From Armatimonadota bacterium (GTDB lineage: Bacteria; Armatimonadota; Hebobacteria; CAIYQO01), in the NCBI GenBank assembly GCA_036504255.1, contig DASXVL010000769.1, positions 1-36,521 of the forward strand: DNA of 36,521 nucleotides, in the 5' to 3' direction. This document shows positions 22,177-32,400 of this stretch, in pieces. The position numbers were made by a program, and so were the translations under genes. A model generated the notes under the pieces. The model had not been told where the DNA came from. It saw only the letters and a program-made list of their open reading frames with translations, and did not search any database. How positions within the stretch are numbered: the first letter of the stretch is position 1; every line of letters starts with the position of its first letter.

Positions 22177-24468
22177 TTAGGTATGTACGACAGCGCACGG
22201 GCGCATGCTGCGCAGCGGATTTTCCGGGGTAAATGCCGTTTCCTGCACGCCGCGGATATTGAACCAGGTGCGGTAGGGATTCCCCGTCATGCCCGCGCTG
22301 GCGAAGTCGCAGAGGTAGAGCGGTTCGCCCTGCGCGTCACGACATTCCAGTAACAGCCAGGGGGCGTAGTTGAGCTCCGGCGTGCAGACGCGCACCGGGA
22401 GCTGTCCGGCATCCAGGCCGGGCAGGTGCTCGCTATCCATGGTGTTATAGCGATGGTCGAACGCGAGCAGCAGCGGACCACGGTAGATGGAGGAAATGCG
22501 GTAATCATGTCCTTCCACACCAGCGGACGGGACTGCGTCCGCGCGGCCGATGGTCAGCGTCCAATGGGGATGCCCGGCGGGATACTCGGTGATCGCGAAG
22601 ACGATGACATTGGTACCGGGGCGCAGTGGCAACGCCACCCGTTCACGGCGCAATGACAGGTCGCCATCGAACCCGCAGGAATCTCCATCATAGACGATTT
22701 CACCGTTGACGCTCACGCGCGTGCGGTAGTCGGCGCTGAAATGGATGGGCAGCACGGCGTCGCACGCGCTCTCCACCTCGGTCACGCAGTAGACCAGCCG
22801 CGCGTCTGCTGCCGGACGCGGCAACTGACGAAACTCCAGTTCGCCCTTGACGCTCCGCAGGGTCACGCCGCCTTCATGCGGGCAGGCCGTGTCGGTGGGC
22901 AGGGGGCCGAAGACCTGCCAGTCGGTCTCCCAGTCCGCATAGGTATACCCCGTGCCGTGCGCCCAGTAGTGCAAGCGAAAATCGAAGGTCAACTCGAGGG
23001 CATCGCCCGCGTGCCAGCAGCGCGTCACGCGCAGGTAGCTCCCAGCGGTCACCCCCTCCAGCCGTTCGCCGTTGAGCGTCACCGTGGTCTGCTCCGACCA
23101 ATTGGGGATGCGTAAGGCGAGCGTGAACTCTTCTGCAACATCCGGGGTCACCTGTAACGTCACGCGCGGGTCCAACGGATAGGTGGTGTGCTGGGTTAAG
23201 GTACACGTGTTCCCCGACGGCAAGGCAAACGTCAGGCTGCCCGGCCCATAATAATTGAGGTAGACCGCCTCCTCGCCCCGCATCAGCGCCCATTCTCCGA
23301 GCATACCGAGCATACGCGGACCGTTGACGGAACAGCAGTTGAGCTCCGGCGAGGCGGGGCGTGACTGGAAGACGATGGAGTGTGCGCTGGCGACCCGCCG
23401 CCCCTCCATGGGGGTATCATAGGTGACCCAACGCCCGGAGGGCGATATCATGCCAAGGCCGGAGTTGAACAGCGTGAACTCCAACTCATCAGCCACCACC
23501 GACTGCCCGGTCATGCGCAGCATGTCCACTGACATGGCGGTCCACGCCACGGTGCAACAGGTTTCGATGGCTCCCCAATCATAGGGGTTGCCGGTGGCGC
23601 GTTCACCCGAGGAAAACCCGCCGTTATTGTGGCGATCCCCTTCCAGCATGCTCCACCAGAGTTGAGAAAAGGCACGGCGATAGTCCTCATCCCTGCTAAG
23701 GAAGTAGCGCTCGGCAATCCCCTCGATAGCGTGCAGGCTTTCCCAACGCGGCTTTGGGGTCTCGTGAAATTTCAATCCCCGCAAGGGCGCGCGCACATAA
23801 TCACCGGCAGGGGGCACGGCGAAATCGCGCTCGATCTCTTCGGCTAACTCCCAGTAGCGTTGTTCGCCGGTGCGGTGGTAGAGCAGCAGCAACGCATGGT
23901 ACGGCGCCATGTTCATTTCCTGCTCGTTCAACTCATGCACGCGGCGTCCGGTATGCAGGAAGGCGGCGCATAGCATATCGGCGATGCGCCGCGCGCAGGC
24001 CAGGGCTTCCGTCTCGCCCGTCAGGTCATGCCACTCCAGCAGGCCGAGCATGGCATGGTAGTGCCCCCAGGTGTCCCAGGTGATCCCGCCGTTCGGCGTC
24101 GGGCCTGCCAACCCCAGCCGATAGGCTTTCGGCCAGGGGCCCAGGTAACCATCATCGTCCTGCAGCGCAATCAGCTCCTCCACAAACCGGCGCAGGTGCG
24201 GCTCAAGGCGTGGGTCGCGGGTGACGCGGTAGATCTGCACGGCATGCGTCAGGTATTTTCCCGCAAACTCGCCGGCCCAGGGCACCTGTTGCCGCCAGGG
24301 CAGGCGATCGCGTTCGCGGAACATCTCCAGCATGGCGGGATTGGCTTCCGGCGCGGGCAGCACCCATTGCTCAATAACCGCGGCCAGCCGGCGACCGACT
24401 TCGCCCCCCAGTTCACCGCCAAGCCACGCGACCGGTTCGACGGCCGGCTGTACGACATAACGTTCCAT
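22177..24468 (-). CDS. Glycoside hydrolase family 127-like (DUF1680, beta-L-arabinofuranosidase family) with C-terminal extension
   Basis: ORF track. ATG preceded by AGGAGA. No signal peptide. E-T-C (IETCCTVAW) and N-C-C (ELNCCSVNG) match the Glu/Cys zinc and catalytic motifs of the HypBA1 family as I recall them. Confidence 0.7.
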   Translation of the reverse strand: MERYVVQPAVEPVAWLGGELGGEVGRRLAAVIEQWVLPAPEANPAMLEMFRERDRLPWRQQVPWAGEFAGKYLTHAVQIYRVTRDPRLEPHLRRFVEELIALQDDDGYLGPWPKAYRLGLAGPTPNGGITWDTWGHYHAMLGLLEWHDLTGETEALACARRIADMLCAAFLHTGRRVHELNEQEMNMAPYHALLLLYHRTGEQRYWELAEEIERDFAVPPAGDYVRAPLRGLKFHETPKPRWESLHAIEGIAERYFLSRDEDYRRAFSQLWWSMLEGDRHNNGGFSSGERATGNPYDWGAIETCCTVAWTAMSVDMLRMTGQSVVADELEFTLFNSGLGMISPSGRWVTYDTPMEGRRVASAHSIVFQSRPASPELNCCSVNGPRMLGMLGEWALMRGEEAVYLNYYGPGSLTFALPSGNTCTLTQHTTYPLDPRVTLQVTPDVAEEFTLALRIPNWSEQTTVTLNGERLEGVTAGSYLRVTRCWHAGDALELTFDFRLHYWAHGTGYTYADWETDWQVFGPLPTDTACPHEGGVTLRSVKGELEFRQLPRPAADARLVYCVTEVESACDAVLPIHFSADYRTRVSVNGEIVYDGDSCGFDGDLSLRRERVALPLRPGTNVIVFAITEYPAGHPHWTLTIGRADAVPSAGVEGHDYRISSIYRGPLLLAFDHRYNTMDSEHLPGLDAGQLPVRVCTPELNYAPWLLLECRDAQGEPLYLCDFASAGMTGNPYRTWFNIRGVQETAFTPENPLRSMRPCAVVHT

Positions 24469-24719
24469 GCGCTCTCCTCTGTTCCTACACGACGCAATGT
24501 GCCGTGGGCATAAGCCCTTGATTGCTCCAGTATCGCCAGTGTCTCCACTTCACACAAGCAGATCTATTGCTTCTTTGTATCTAATATTGCGCAATGCGTA
24601 GTCACTTTTTGACGCTGTTTCGCCATGCCAGAGAGATGACGGCTTTCTCGGCATGCTCGACACTTGACGATAACTTGTAGATCATCGCACAATACCGTAC
24701 ATTCTGATAGGCATGTGCC

Positions 24720-25595
24720 ATGATGACTATCTTGCACGTACAGATTCCGCCGACCAGCTTCCCGCTGCAGATCATCCGTATGGATCAGCAACACGCCATG
24801 CGGATGCATCGCCATGACTTTGAGGAACTGGTGATCATTACGGGGGGCAGCGGCACGCATTTCACGTTAGATGACCGCTATCCCATTCAAGCAGGCGACG
24901 CCTTTGTTATTCCACGTTCCCAAGCTCACGGCTACGAGGATACCAATCGTCTCGCGCTGGTGAATATCCTCTACCGTCTCGAACGCTTGTGCCTGCCCAT
25001 GGCAGAACTGCGCAAGCTGCCCGGTTATCATTCGTTCTTTCTGCTGGAGCCGGAATTCCGTGTGCGTGATCGCTTTGAAGGTCGCTTGCGCCTGTCGGTG
25101 GATGAACTCTCCGAAGTGACACGGTTGATTGCTCAGCTTGACGCGGAAGTGGCGACGCCTACCGCCGGGTATGAATTCCTCGCACTGGCGAGCTTTATGC
25201 AACTCATCGGATTTCTCGCCCGCTGCCACGCCACCATCGACGGCAATCGACGCCACGCGGCAATGGTGCATCTCGGCCAGGTCATCGGCTATCTGGAAAG
25301 CCACTACACGGAAGAGATCGCCATCGACCAGTTGGCCACGATGGCCTGCATGTCGAAAAGCACGCTCTTTCGCGTCTTCCGTCAGGCGATGGGGGTTACC
25401 CCCATCGAGCATATCGTGCGTTTGCGGATCTTGCACGCCGCTGAGCTGCTCAGCAGTGAGGAGCTCTCCGTCACCGAGGCGGCCCATCATGTCGGTTTTG
25501 CGGACAGCAACTATTTCACCCGCCAATTCCGCCGTATCATGGGCATTACCCCCAGTGCGATAAAAACGCTCGCGCGTGATCCGAGGCAACCCTAG
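24720..25595 (+). CDS. AraC-family transcriptional regulator (cupin sensor plus HTH_18)
   Basis: ORF track. N-terminal cupin segment HRHDFEELVIITGGSGTHF. C-terminal double HTH: STLFRVFRQAMGVTPIEHIVRLRILHAAELL...VGFADSNYFTRQFRRIMGITPS. Divergent from the GH127-like gene. Confidence 0.85.
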   Translation: MMTILHVQIPPTSFPLQIIRMDQQHAMRMHRHDFEELVIITGGSGTHFTLDDRYPIQAGDAFVIPRSQAHGYEDTNRLALVNILYRLERLCLPMAELRKLPGYHSFFLLEPEFRVRDRFEGRLRLSVDELSEVTRLIAQLDAEVATPTAGYEFLALASFMQLIGFLARCHATIDGNRRHAAMVHLGQVIGYLESHYTEEIAIDQLATMACMSKSTLFRVFRQAMGVTPIEHIVRLRILHAAELLSSEELSVTEAAHHVGFADSNYFTRQFRRIMGITPSAIKTLARDPRQP

Positions 25596-25784
25596 CTTTC
25601 CCTCGAAAGGCGATGCCCTCCTCTGTACCATCAAACCAACATGCAGTTATTGTGCTAATCTCTGCGAGTATCGTCATAGTCTACTCCACTACCGCACGCT
25701 ATGCTAATACACATATTAGCCGCCTTACGTCCTGCGACTATTACACGTATCGCGGCTCACTCTACCCGTGCGAGGAATGTACTA

Positions 25785-28700
25785 ATGACACTGACTTGCC
25801 TGCAGCACTTCGCCACCCCCGGCGCCGCGTATCGCGGTAAGCCCTTCTGGGCCTGGAATGGGGCTCTGGATCCGGAGGAACTCCGACGCCAGATTCGGCT
25901 GATGCACCAGATGGGGCTCGGTGGTTTCTTCATGCATGCGCGCGTGGGGCTCGACACGGCCTATCTGTCCGAGGATTGGTTCCGCTGCGTCGATGCCTGC
26001 ATCGATGAAGCTGCCACGCTGGGGATGGAAGCCTGGCTCTATGACGAAGATCGCTGGCCTTCCGGCGCCGCCGGTGGCCTGGTGACGAAGAATCCGGACT
26101 ACCGGGCGCGAAAATTAATCGTACATATCCTCACCGATCCGCAGGAGCTATCCTGGGATGATACGCTCGCGGCATTCAGCGCAGTCGTCGATGGCGCAGT
26201 CGCGCGTGATGTGGCCCCACTGGCCCGCGACGCCCGTCCCGTGCTGCGGCCCGACCAGGTCATCCTGCGCTTTGCCGTGCAGACCGAAGATACGAGCCCC
26301 TGGTACAATGGTCAGACCTATCTGGACACGCTGAGCCATGACGCCGTACGCGAATTCCTCCGCGTCACCCACGAGGCATATGCCGAGCACTGCGGCGAGC
26401 ATTTTGGCGGCATGGTGCCGGGTATTTTCACCGACGAGCCAAGCTACGGTGACATGCTCCCGACGGAGGATACCTTATCCCTGCCCTGGACTGCCAGCCT
26501 GTTAACAGCCTTTGCTACGCGCTACGGGTATGATCTGCTGCCGCATCTGGTGGAACTCTATTTCGATATCGCGGGTCAACCGGTCTCCCAGGCGCGCTAT
26601 CACTATCACGATTGCGTGACCTATCTCTTCGTCGATGCCTTTGCCCGGCAAATTGGCGAGTGGTGCGCGGAACATCAGCTCCTCTTTACCGGGCATGTGC
26701 TGGAGGAAGATACGCTGCGCAATCAGGTGAACAGGGTTGGCAGTTGCATGCGCTTCTACGAGCATATGCAAGCGCCGGGTATGGATCTGCTGACCGAGCA
26801 TTGGCGCGTATTCGGTACCGCCAAGCAGGTATCATCAGCCGCGCGGCAATTCGGGCGGGACTGGCGTCTCTCCGAAACGTACGGCTGTACCGGCTGGGAC
26901 TTCCCCTTTGCCGGGCATAAAGCGCTCGGCGACTGGCAGGTGGCGCTGGGGATCAATTTGCGCTGCCAACATCTGGCCTGGTATACCATGCAGGGCGAGG
27001 CGAAGCGCGATTATCCGGCGAGCATCTCCTATCAATCCCCCTGGTGGGATACTTACCACACCGTCGAAGACTATTTCGCGCGCATTCTGGCGGTGATGAC
27101 GCGCGGCGTCGAGGTGCGCGACCTGCTGGTCATTCACCCGGTGGAGAGTATGTGGCTGCAATGCAAACGCGGCTGGAAGGTTGACGCGGAGGTCACCCGG
27201 CAAGATCAGCAGTTCCTCACCCTCACCGAAGCGCTGCTGGCCGGACACATCGACTTCGATTACGGTGATGAGGAGTTGCTCTCCCGCCATGCCAATGTTC
27301 GCCTGGTGAACGGCATACCTGAGTGTGTCGTTGGCGAGGCGGTCTATCATGCGATGCTCGTGCCTCCGCTCACCACCATCCGCGCCAGTACGCTGTCGTT
27401 GTTAGCCCAGTTCCGCGAGTTGGGAGGGACGGTGGTTTTTCTCGAAGAACCACCACAGTATGTCGATGCCCAGCCCTCTGCTGCGGCGATCACGCTGGCG
27501 GCGCAATGCCGACAGGGGCTTCCGGTGCACGGCCCGGCGCTGCTCGATGCCGTGGCGCCGACCTGTCGCCGTCTCTCGATTACCGATGCACACGGCGAGG
27601 AACTCGCGCCGGTGCTCTACCTCCTCCGCGAAGACGCCGATGCCTGCTACCTGTTCATCTGCAACACCGGGGAAGATTTCGTACGTGACGGACGCGGACT
27701 GATGGATGACCCGCTGGTCCGCGAGCGCACCCTCGCCTTCCCCGAGGTGATCATTCGTGGCTTCGCGCCGTGCGCGGGCACGCCGTTGCAACTGGACCCG
27801 GAGACCGGCGCGACCAACAGCGCCGATGCGCTGCGCACAGACGCGGGCTGGGAGATTCGCACCAGCTTGCCTGCGCTGGGCAGCCGCCTCTTTGTGCTCC
27901 CGAAAACCGCAATGGCCGATGCGGCCGTCGCACCGTTGCCCACGCGCGTCCCAGCGCAAATTACCACGCTGGAGGAGGCGACAAGACCGATCCAACTGTC
28001 CGAGCCTAATGTATTGGTCCTCGATTATCCGCAGTATCGTCTCGCCGATGGCGACTGGCAGGAGGCCACGGAGATCCTGCAGGTTGACCAAGCGGTCCGC
28101 CGGGCACTGGGCATCGCGCCGCGTGGCGGGGCGATGGTGCAACCCTGGGCGCGCGAGTACCCGGCCTGTCCACAACGCATTGCCGTTGCGCTGCGCTACG
28201 AATTTGACGTGGCCGAATTGCCCGGTGGCGAACTCTTCCTCGCGTGCGAAACGCCGGAGACATTACAGATTACCCTGAACGGCGTTGCGTTGGTGGTCGA
28301 TGTGGCCAGCGGATGGTGGACGGACCGCTCGCTGCGAAAAATCCCCGTGCACCCGGCGCTGCTGCGCCGTGGCCACAACGTGCTCACCGTCACCTGTGAC
28401 TACGCGGAAACGCATTCCGGCCTGGAAATCATCTACCTGCTCGGCGACTTTGGCGTCACGCTGCACGAGCGCCAGGCGACCCTGACAGCGCTCCCCACTC
28501 ACCTCGCGCTCGGCGATTGGTGCATGCAAGGCCTGCCGTTTTACGCCGGCTCCGTGCTCTACGCACAGGAGGTCGAACTCCCGCCGCTTGCTGCCGGCGC
28601 GCGTATCGCCGTGCAGGTACCTGACTATCGTGGCGTCGGTGTGCGTGTCTGGGTAGCTGGGCACCCCGCCGGTACTATCGGCTGGGAGCCGAACGAAGTG

Positions 28701-28925
28701 GACGTGACGGACCTCGTCATGGGCAACGCCCATGCCCTGCTCCAAATCGAAGTACTGGGTCACCGTCGCAACTCCCACGGACCGCTCCATCTCAAGGAGA
28801 AATGGCCGACCTGGACCGGTCCCGGCCAATTCCTACCCTCACAGGATGAGTACTACCCGGGCTACCAGCTCGTGCCCTGTGGATTGATGGCGCAGGTGCA
28901 ACTGGTGACCTACCTCCCCGGTTAG
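25785..28925 (+). CDS. Large cytoplasmic glycoside-hydrolase-like protein (family uncertain, possibly GH106-like)
   Basis: ORF track 25701..28925. ATG at 25785 has GAGGA about 9 nt upstream. The N-terminal motif is GKPFWAWNG...GLGGFFMHARVGL...YLSEDWF...EAWLYDEDRWPSGAAGG. I associate it with jelly-roll/TIM glycosidases. The family assignment rests on recall only. Confidence 0.7.
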   Translation: MTLTCLQHFATPGAAYRGKPFWAWNGALDPEELRRQIRLMHQMGLGGFFMHARVGLDTAYLSEDWFRCVDACIDEAATLGMEAWLYDEDRWPSGAAGGLVTKNPDYRARKLIVHILTDPQELSWDDTLAAFSAVVDGAVARDVAPLARDARPVLRPDQVILRFAVQTEDTSPWYNGQTYLDTLSHDAVREFLRVTHEAYAEHCGEHFGGMVPGIFTDEPSYGDMLPTEDTLSLPWTASLLTAFATRYGYDLLPHLVELYFDIAGQPVSQARYHYHDCVTYLFVDAFARQIGEWCAEHQLLFTGHVLEEDTLRNQVNRVGSCMRFYEHMQAPGMDLLTEHWRVFGTAKQVSSAARQFGRDWRLSETYGCTGWDFPFAGHKALGDWQVALGINLRCQHLAWYTMQGEAKRDYPASISYQSPWWDTYHTVEDYFARILAVMTRGVEVRDLLVIHPVESMWLQCKRGWKVDAEVTRQDQQFLTLTEALLAGHIDFDYGDEELLSRHANVRLVNGIPECVVGEAVYHAMLVPPLTTIRASTLSLLAQFRELGGTVVFLEEPPQYVDAQPSAAAITLAAQCRQGLPVHGPALLDAVAPTCRRLSITDAHGEELAPVLYLLREDADACYLFICNTGEDFVRDGRGLMDDPLVRERTLAFPEVIIRGFAPCAGTPLQLDPETGATNSADALRTDAGWEIRTSLPALGSRLFVLPKTAMADAAVAPLPTRVPAQITTLEEATRPIQLSEPNVLVLDYPQYRLADGDWQEATEILQVDQAVRRALGIAPRGGAMVQPWAREYPACPQRIAVALRYEFDVAELPGGELFLACETPETLQITLNGVALVVDVASGWWTDRSLRKIPVHPALLRRGHNVLTVTCDYAETHSGLEIIYLLGDFGVTLHERQATLTALPTHLALGDWCMQGLPFYAGSVLYAQEVELPPLAAGARIAVQVPDYRGVGVRVWVAGHPAGTIGWEPNEVDVTDLVMGNAHALLQIEVLGHRRNSHGPLHLKEKWPTWTGPGQFLPSQDEYYPGYQLVPCGLMAQVQLVTYLPG

Positions 28926-28968
28926 CCCACGCAGACGGGACGCTGTCTGCGCAAGGCCAATAATGTTT

Positions 28969-28992
28969 CCCTTCCGCAGGGATGCGGAAGGG
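28969..28992 (+). terminator. GC-rich hairpin downstream of the hydrolase gene
   Basis: CCCTTCCGC-AGGGAT-GCGGAAGGG, 44 nt after the stop at 28925. No U-tract. A second smaller hairpin lies at 28931-28950. Confidence 0.35.
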
Positions 28993-29015
28993 AGCCCCGA
29001 AGAAGAACGGAAAGC

Positions 29016-29302
29016 AATCATCGGCCTCCGGCAGAGCCGGAGGCGTGATGTTGTGTACCGCGCAAAGCGGTGTACTGATCCTTGGCTCTGCGCCTCGTAA
29101 GTAATTCCATCCAGACTGTCCTTTCCGGCCGGGGATAGCCCGGCTATCCCGTTCGCTTTGATAGTGCAACCACGCCCGAGGGCATTCCTCTGCTTTCCGT
29201 GTGTGAACGATGACTGCATACGCAGAGAGCATCATGACCAGTCCCGGAACTGTCACACGCTGGGAATCTCCCCGGCAGAACCGGGGGGTTACCCTGAATT
29301 AA
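29016..29302 (+). ncRNA. Candidate structured RNA / dispersed repeat, copy B (287 nt)
   Basis: Homologous to 9893-10263. Hairpins at 29025-29043, 29053-29075, 29131-29150 (the short version of the variable helix), 29198-29222 and 29270-29286. It sits between convergent genes, so it cannot be a 5-prime leader on either strand. Confidence 0.45.
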
Positions 29303-29357
29303 GTAGCGGAGGAAAAGCCTAGCGTAGTGAAGGAGATGAAGTCTCCACTAGCGACTC

Positions 29358-29389
29358 GGGTGCGGTCTACCCCACTGCAGACCGCACCC
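29358..29389. terminator. 11-bp GC-rich hairpin 84 nt downstream of the GH71 gene stop
   Basis: GGGTGCGGTCT-ACCCCACTGC-AGACCGCACCC. No U-tract. Coordinates may be off by 1-2 nt. Confidence 0.3.
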
Positions 29390-29472
29390 CGTGCTGCTGC
29401 CATGCCTCGTTGGTGATCTCTGATCAAACAACGATGAGATTAAAGACGCTCCACATCAGCATGACATGCGTG

Positions 29473-32400
29473 TCATCGGTTCATGAGTGACAGCACCTCC
29501 GCGTCGAGCATCACACCGGCGTGGATACTGAACAGGTCGCCTTGCGGTGACCAGGCGCCGTTGGGGTTACTATTGCCGCCAAGTACGTCCAATGCTCGTG
29601 CGGTGGTTGCCGGTGTGCGGTCGGCGAACCATCCCTGATTGCCGGTCTGCGTATCGCAGATATACAGTCCATCGCGATAGAACTTGGTGGTTGTCACGAG
29701 GGACTGCGAACCGGCCGGTACCACCATGGTGTAGAAATGCCACTCATTGGGGATGAGGTAGCCGGTGGTCGGGCTTAGGTTCTGCACCGTGCCGTCGGAC
29801 GAGGCGGCGTAGACGGTGACGCACGTGGGGTCGTTGTACGTCGTCATGACGTTCACCACGGCGTTCGTCAGAATCGCCCGCTGGTAGGTGGGGTTATTGA
29901 TTGTCCCCGGGTTCAGCCAGAAGGAAAGCGTCAGCCCCCCAGCGTCCTTGACCGCCTGGCCGCGCAGATTCGGGTGATCGGGCGCAGTCATTAACACCGA
30001 GGTCGCCCCCGAACCGGTCAGCACATGGTTTCTGGTGTAGCTGTTCCCCCGGACCGTCACCTGGCCAACATTCTGCACCGTCGCCTGTGCGCCCAGCGTG
30101 CCGTTGTATGTTGTCCCGTCCACGCCGGTGTTTCTGCCCAGCGTGTCGTAGTCTTCAAAGGCATACGCCATCGGCGTTCCCGTGACGGGGGCATACGACC
30201 CGAAAAGCGAGGCCACATCTTGATCGTTCATCACGCCGGCGATCAGTCGGAAGGCATCGGCTTTCGGTGACCAGGCCCCATTGCTATTGGTATTGCCGCT
30301 AAAGAGATTGATCGACTGCGACACGTCTTTCGGGAGCCGGTCTGCTGTCCAGCCTAATCCGCCGGTCTGCGTGTTGCAGACGAACACGCCATCACGATAG
30401 AACTTGGTGGTCGACACGGCGGCTTGCGTGCCTTGCGGCACCACGATGGTATAGTAATGCCACTCGTTGGGGACGAGATAGCCGGTGGTGGAATTCAGGT
30501 TTTGTGTCGTGCTATCCGACGCCATCGCGTACACCGTTAACTTGCTCACGTCGTTATAGCACGTGATGATACTCAACGACGAACTCGTCAAGAGATAGCG
30601 CTGGTAAGTGGGATTGCCGATGGCGCCAGGATTCATCCAGAAGGAGACCGTCAGTCCCCCGGCGTCCTTGACCGGTTGGCCGCGCAGGTTTGTATCGTCT
30701 GGGACGCTTAGCAACGCCGAGGTAGCACTCGTGCCTGACACGACATGGACGAGGTCATAGGGATTGCTCCCTACCGTCACCCGGCCGATATTCTGGATGC
30801 TCGCCTGGGCGCCCAGTGTGCCGTCGTACGTCGTGCCATCCACGCCGGTGTTTTTGCCGGCCGTGCCTTGCTCCTCGAAGGTGTATTCCAAGCGAGGATT
30901 ATCCGCCAGGGCGTACAGTTGCCGCTGCGGAATGACCTCTTTCGGTTGTAGCGTACCGGACCAGGAAAGGCGTACCTGCGCATTCGATGTCGGGTTTCCG
31001 TACACCGCCTGCAGCCCATACTTGTACCCTGCCCGCAAGGTAATGGCAGTACTGCTGCTTTCGGTCGGCGTGGAGGTCTGCGACTTATTGATGATCTGCT
31101 GGCCGTCCACCCACAATTGAAAACTCCCGTCACAGCGGACGGTGAACGTGTAGGTGTCATCATACTTGGGCTGTAGTTGCCCGTTCCAATGGACCGCGTA
31201 ATTGGTGGGTGACGAGATATCCGTGCCTGACGGCACGGCGTTCCCCCACGCAAAATCCACGTTGGCGTCAATGCGCCGGGTGACCGGCGTCGCGCCATCG
31301 TAGTAATCGGCGGTGAGCCCGGCGCCGGTACCGATGCTGGCGCCGACGTAGGCGTAGTCCGTCGCATAGGTAAAGTTGTACTTGGTGATCGTGGCGTTGA
31401 TCGGCTCACCCTGCTTTTGCAGGATGCACTGGCCATTGCGCCACAGTTCGAAGCTCTGCGTGCCGGTATTGAACGACACCTGGGTATGTACGATGCCGGC
31501 GGCGACCTGGTAGGTATTGGTCACGCCACCGGTAATAACGTGCAACTCGGCGGCGGATTTCAGCATGGTCGTCACGTAGATGGTATCGGTGACGGTGCCA
31601 ATGAACGATGTAACCGGCCCAGAGGGATCGGAGCAGGTGGCATTCTTGGGGTGCGTGCGGTACGCGTAAACGAGCATTTCCTCATTGATCGGGGGCTGCG
31701 TGCCTGTCTTATACCAATTAATGTAGTAGCGCGTCAGCTCGGAGAGGCCACGGTGGCTCTTGAAGAACCCAGAGGCGTACTGGCTCAAATAGCTGCCGAC
31801 ATCGGCCACCGGGCTGTAGTAGCTGGCTTCGGTCCAATCGTTCCAGGTCGTCATCTCGATCCATTGCGGTTGCTGCGTCTGGATGATCGAATCCCACTGC
31901 GTGCTGACGCCCTGACCGCCGGTGAATTCAAAGTAGCGGCGACCGCCCGGCTGCGTGCAGCCCCAGTATTGCGGCGATGTCGACGACATGTGCACGGCGT
32001 AATTCTCCTTCATCAACCGCGCGTACGCTTCCTGTGCTGCCGACAGGGTGGCCGGCGTACCGGCGGCGCCGAAGAAAAAGAGCCCGTTCGCCACATCCTT
32101 CCACCACAAATCATTGTCGGCTTTGATGCGGTCATACGTGATACTTCCCGCCTCATCGGAGTAGCGGTCATAAAAGAACGGTTCAAACCATACGTTAATG
32201 CCGCTGGACTGCAGCGCGGTGAGCACGTTGTTGCGCCACCAGTCGCGCGCCCCCGTTCCACCGCCGCCTTGCGCCTGCCCGCCGAAGGTGGAGAGCACCG
32301 GACGCCCTTGATAGCTGAGGTAGTTCGGATGGCTGGCATACGTTTGCATCATATTGACGATATCCGGATAGTCCAACCCGGTCGCCATGTCGGCGGAGAA

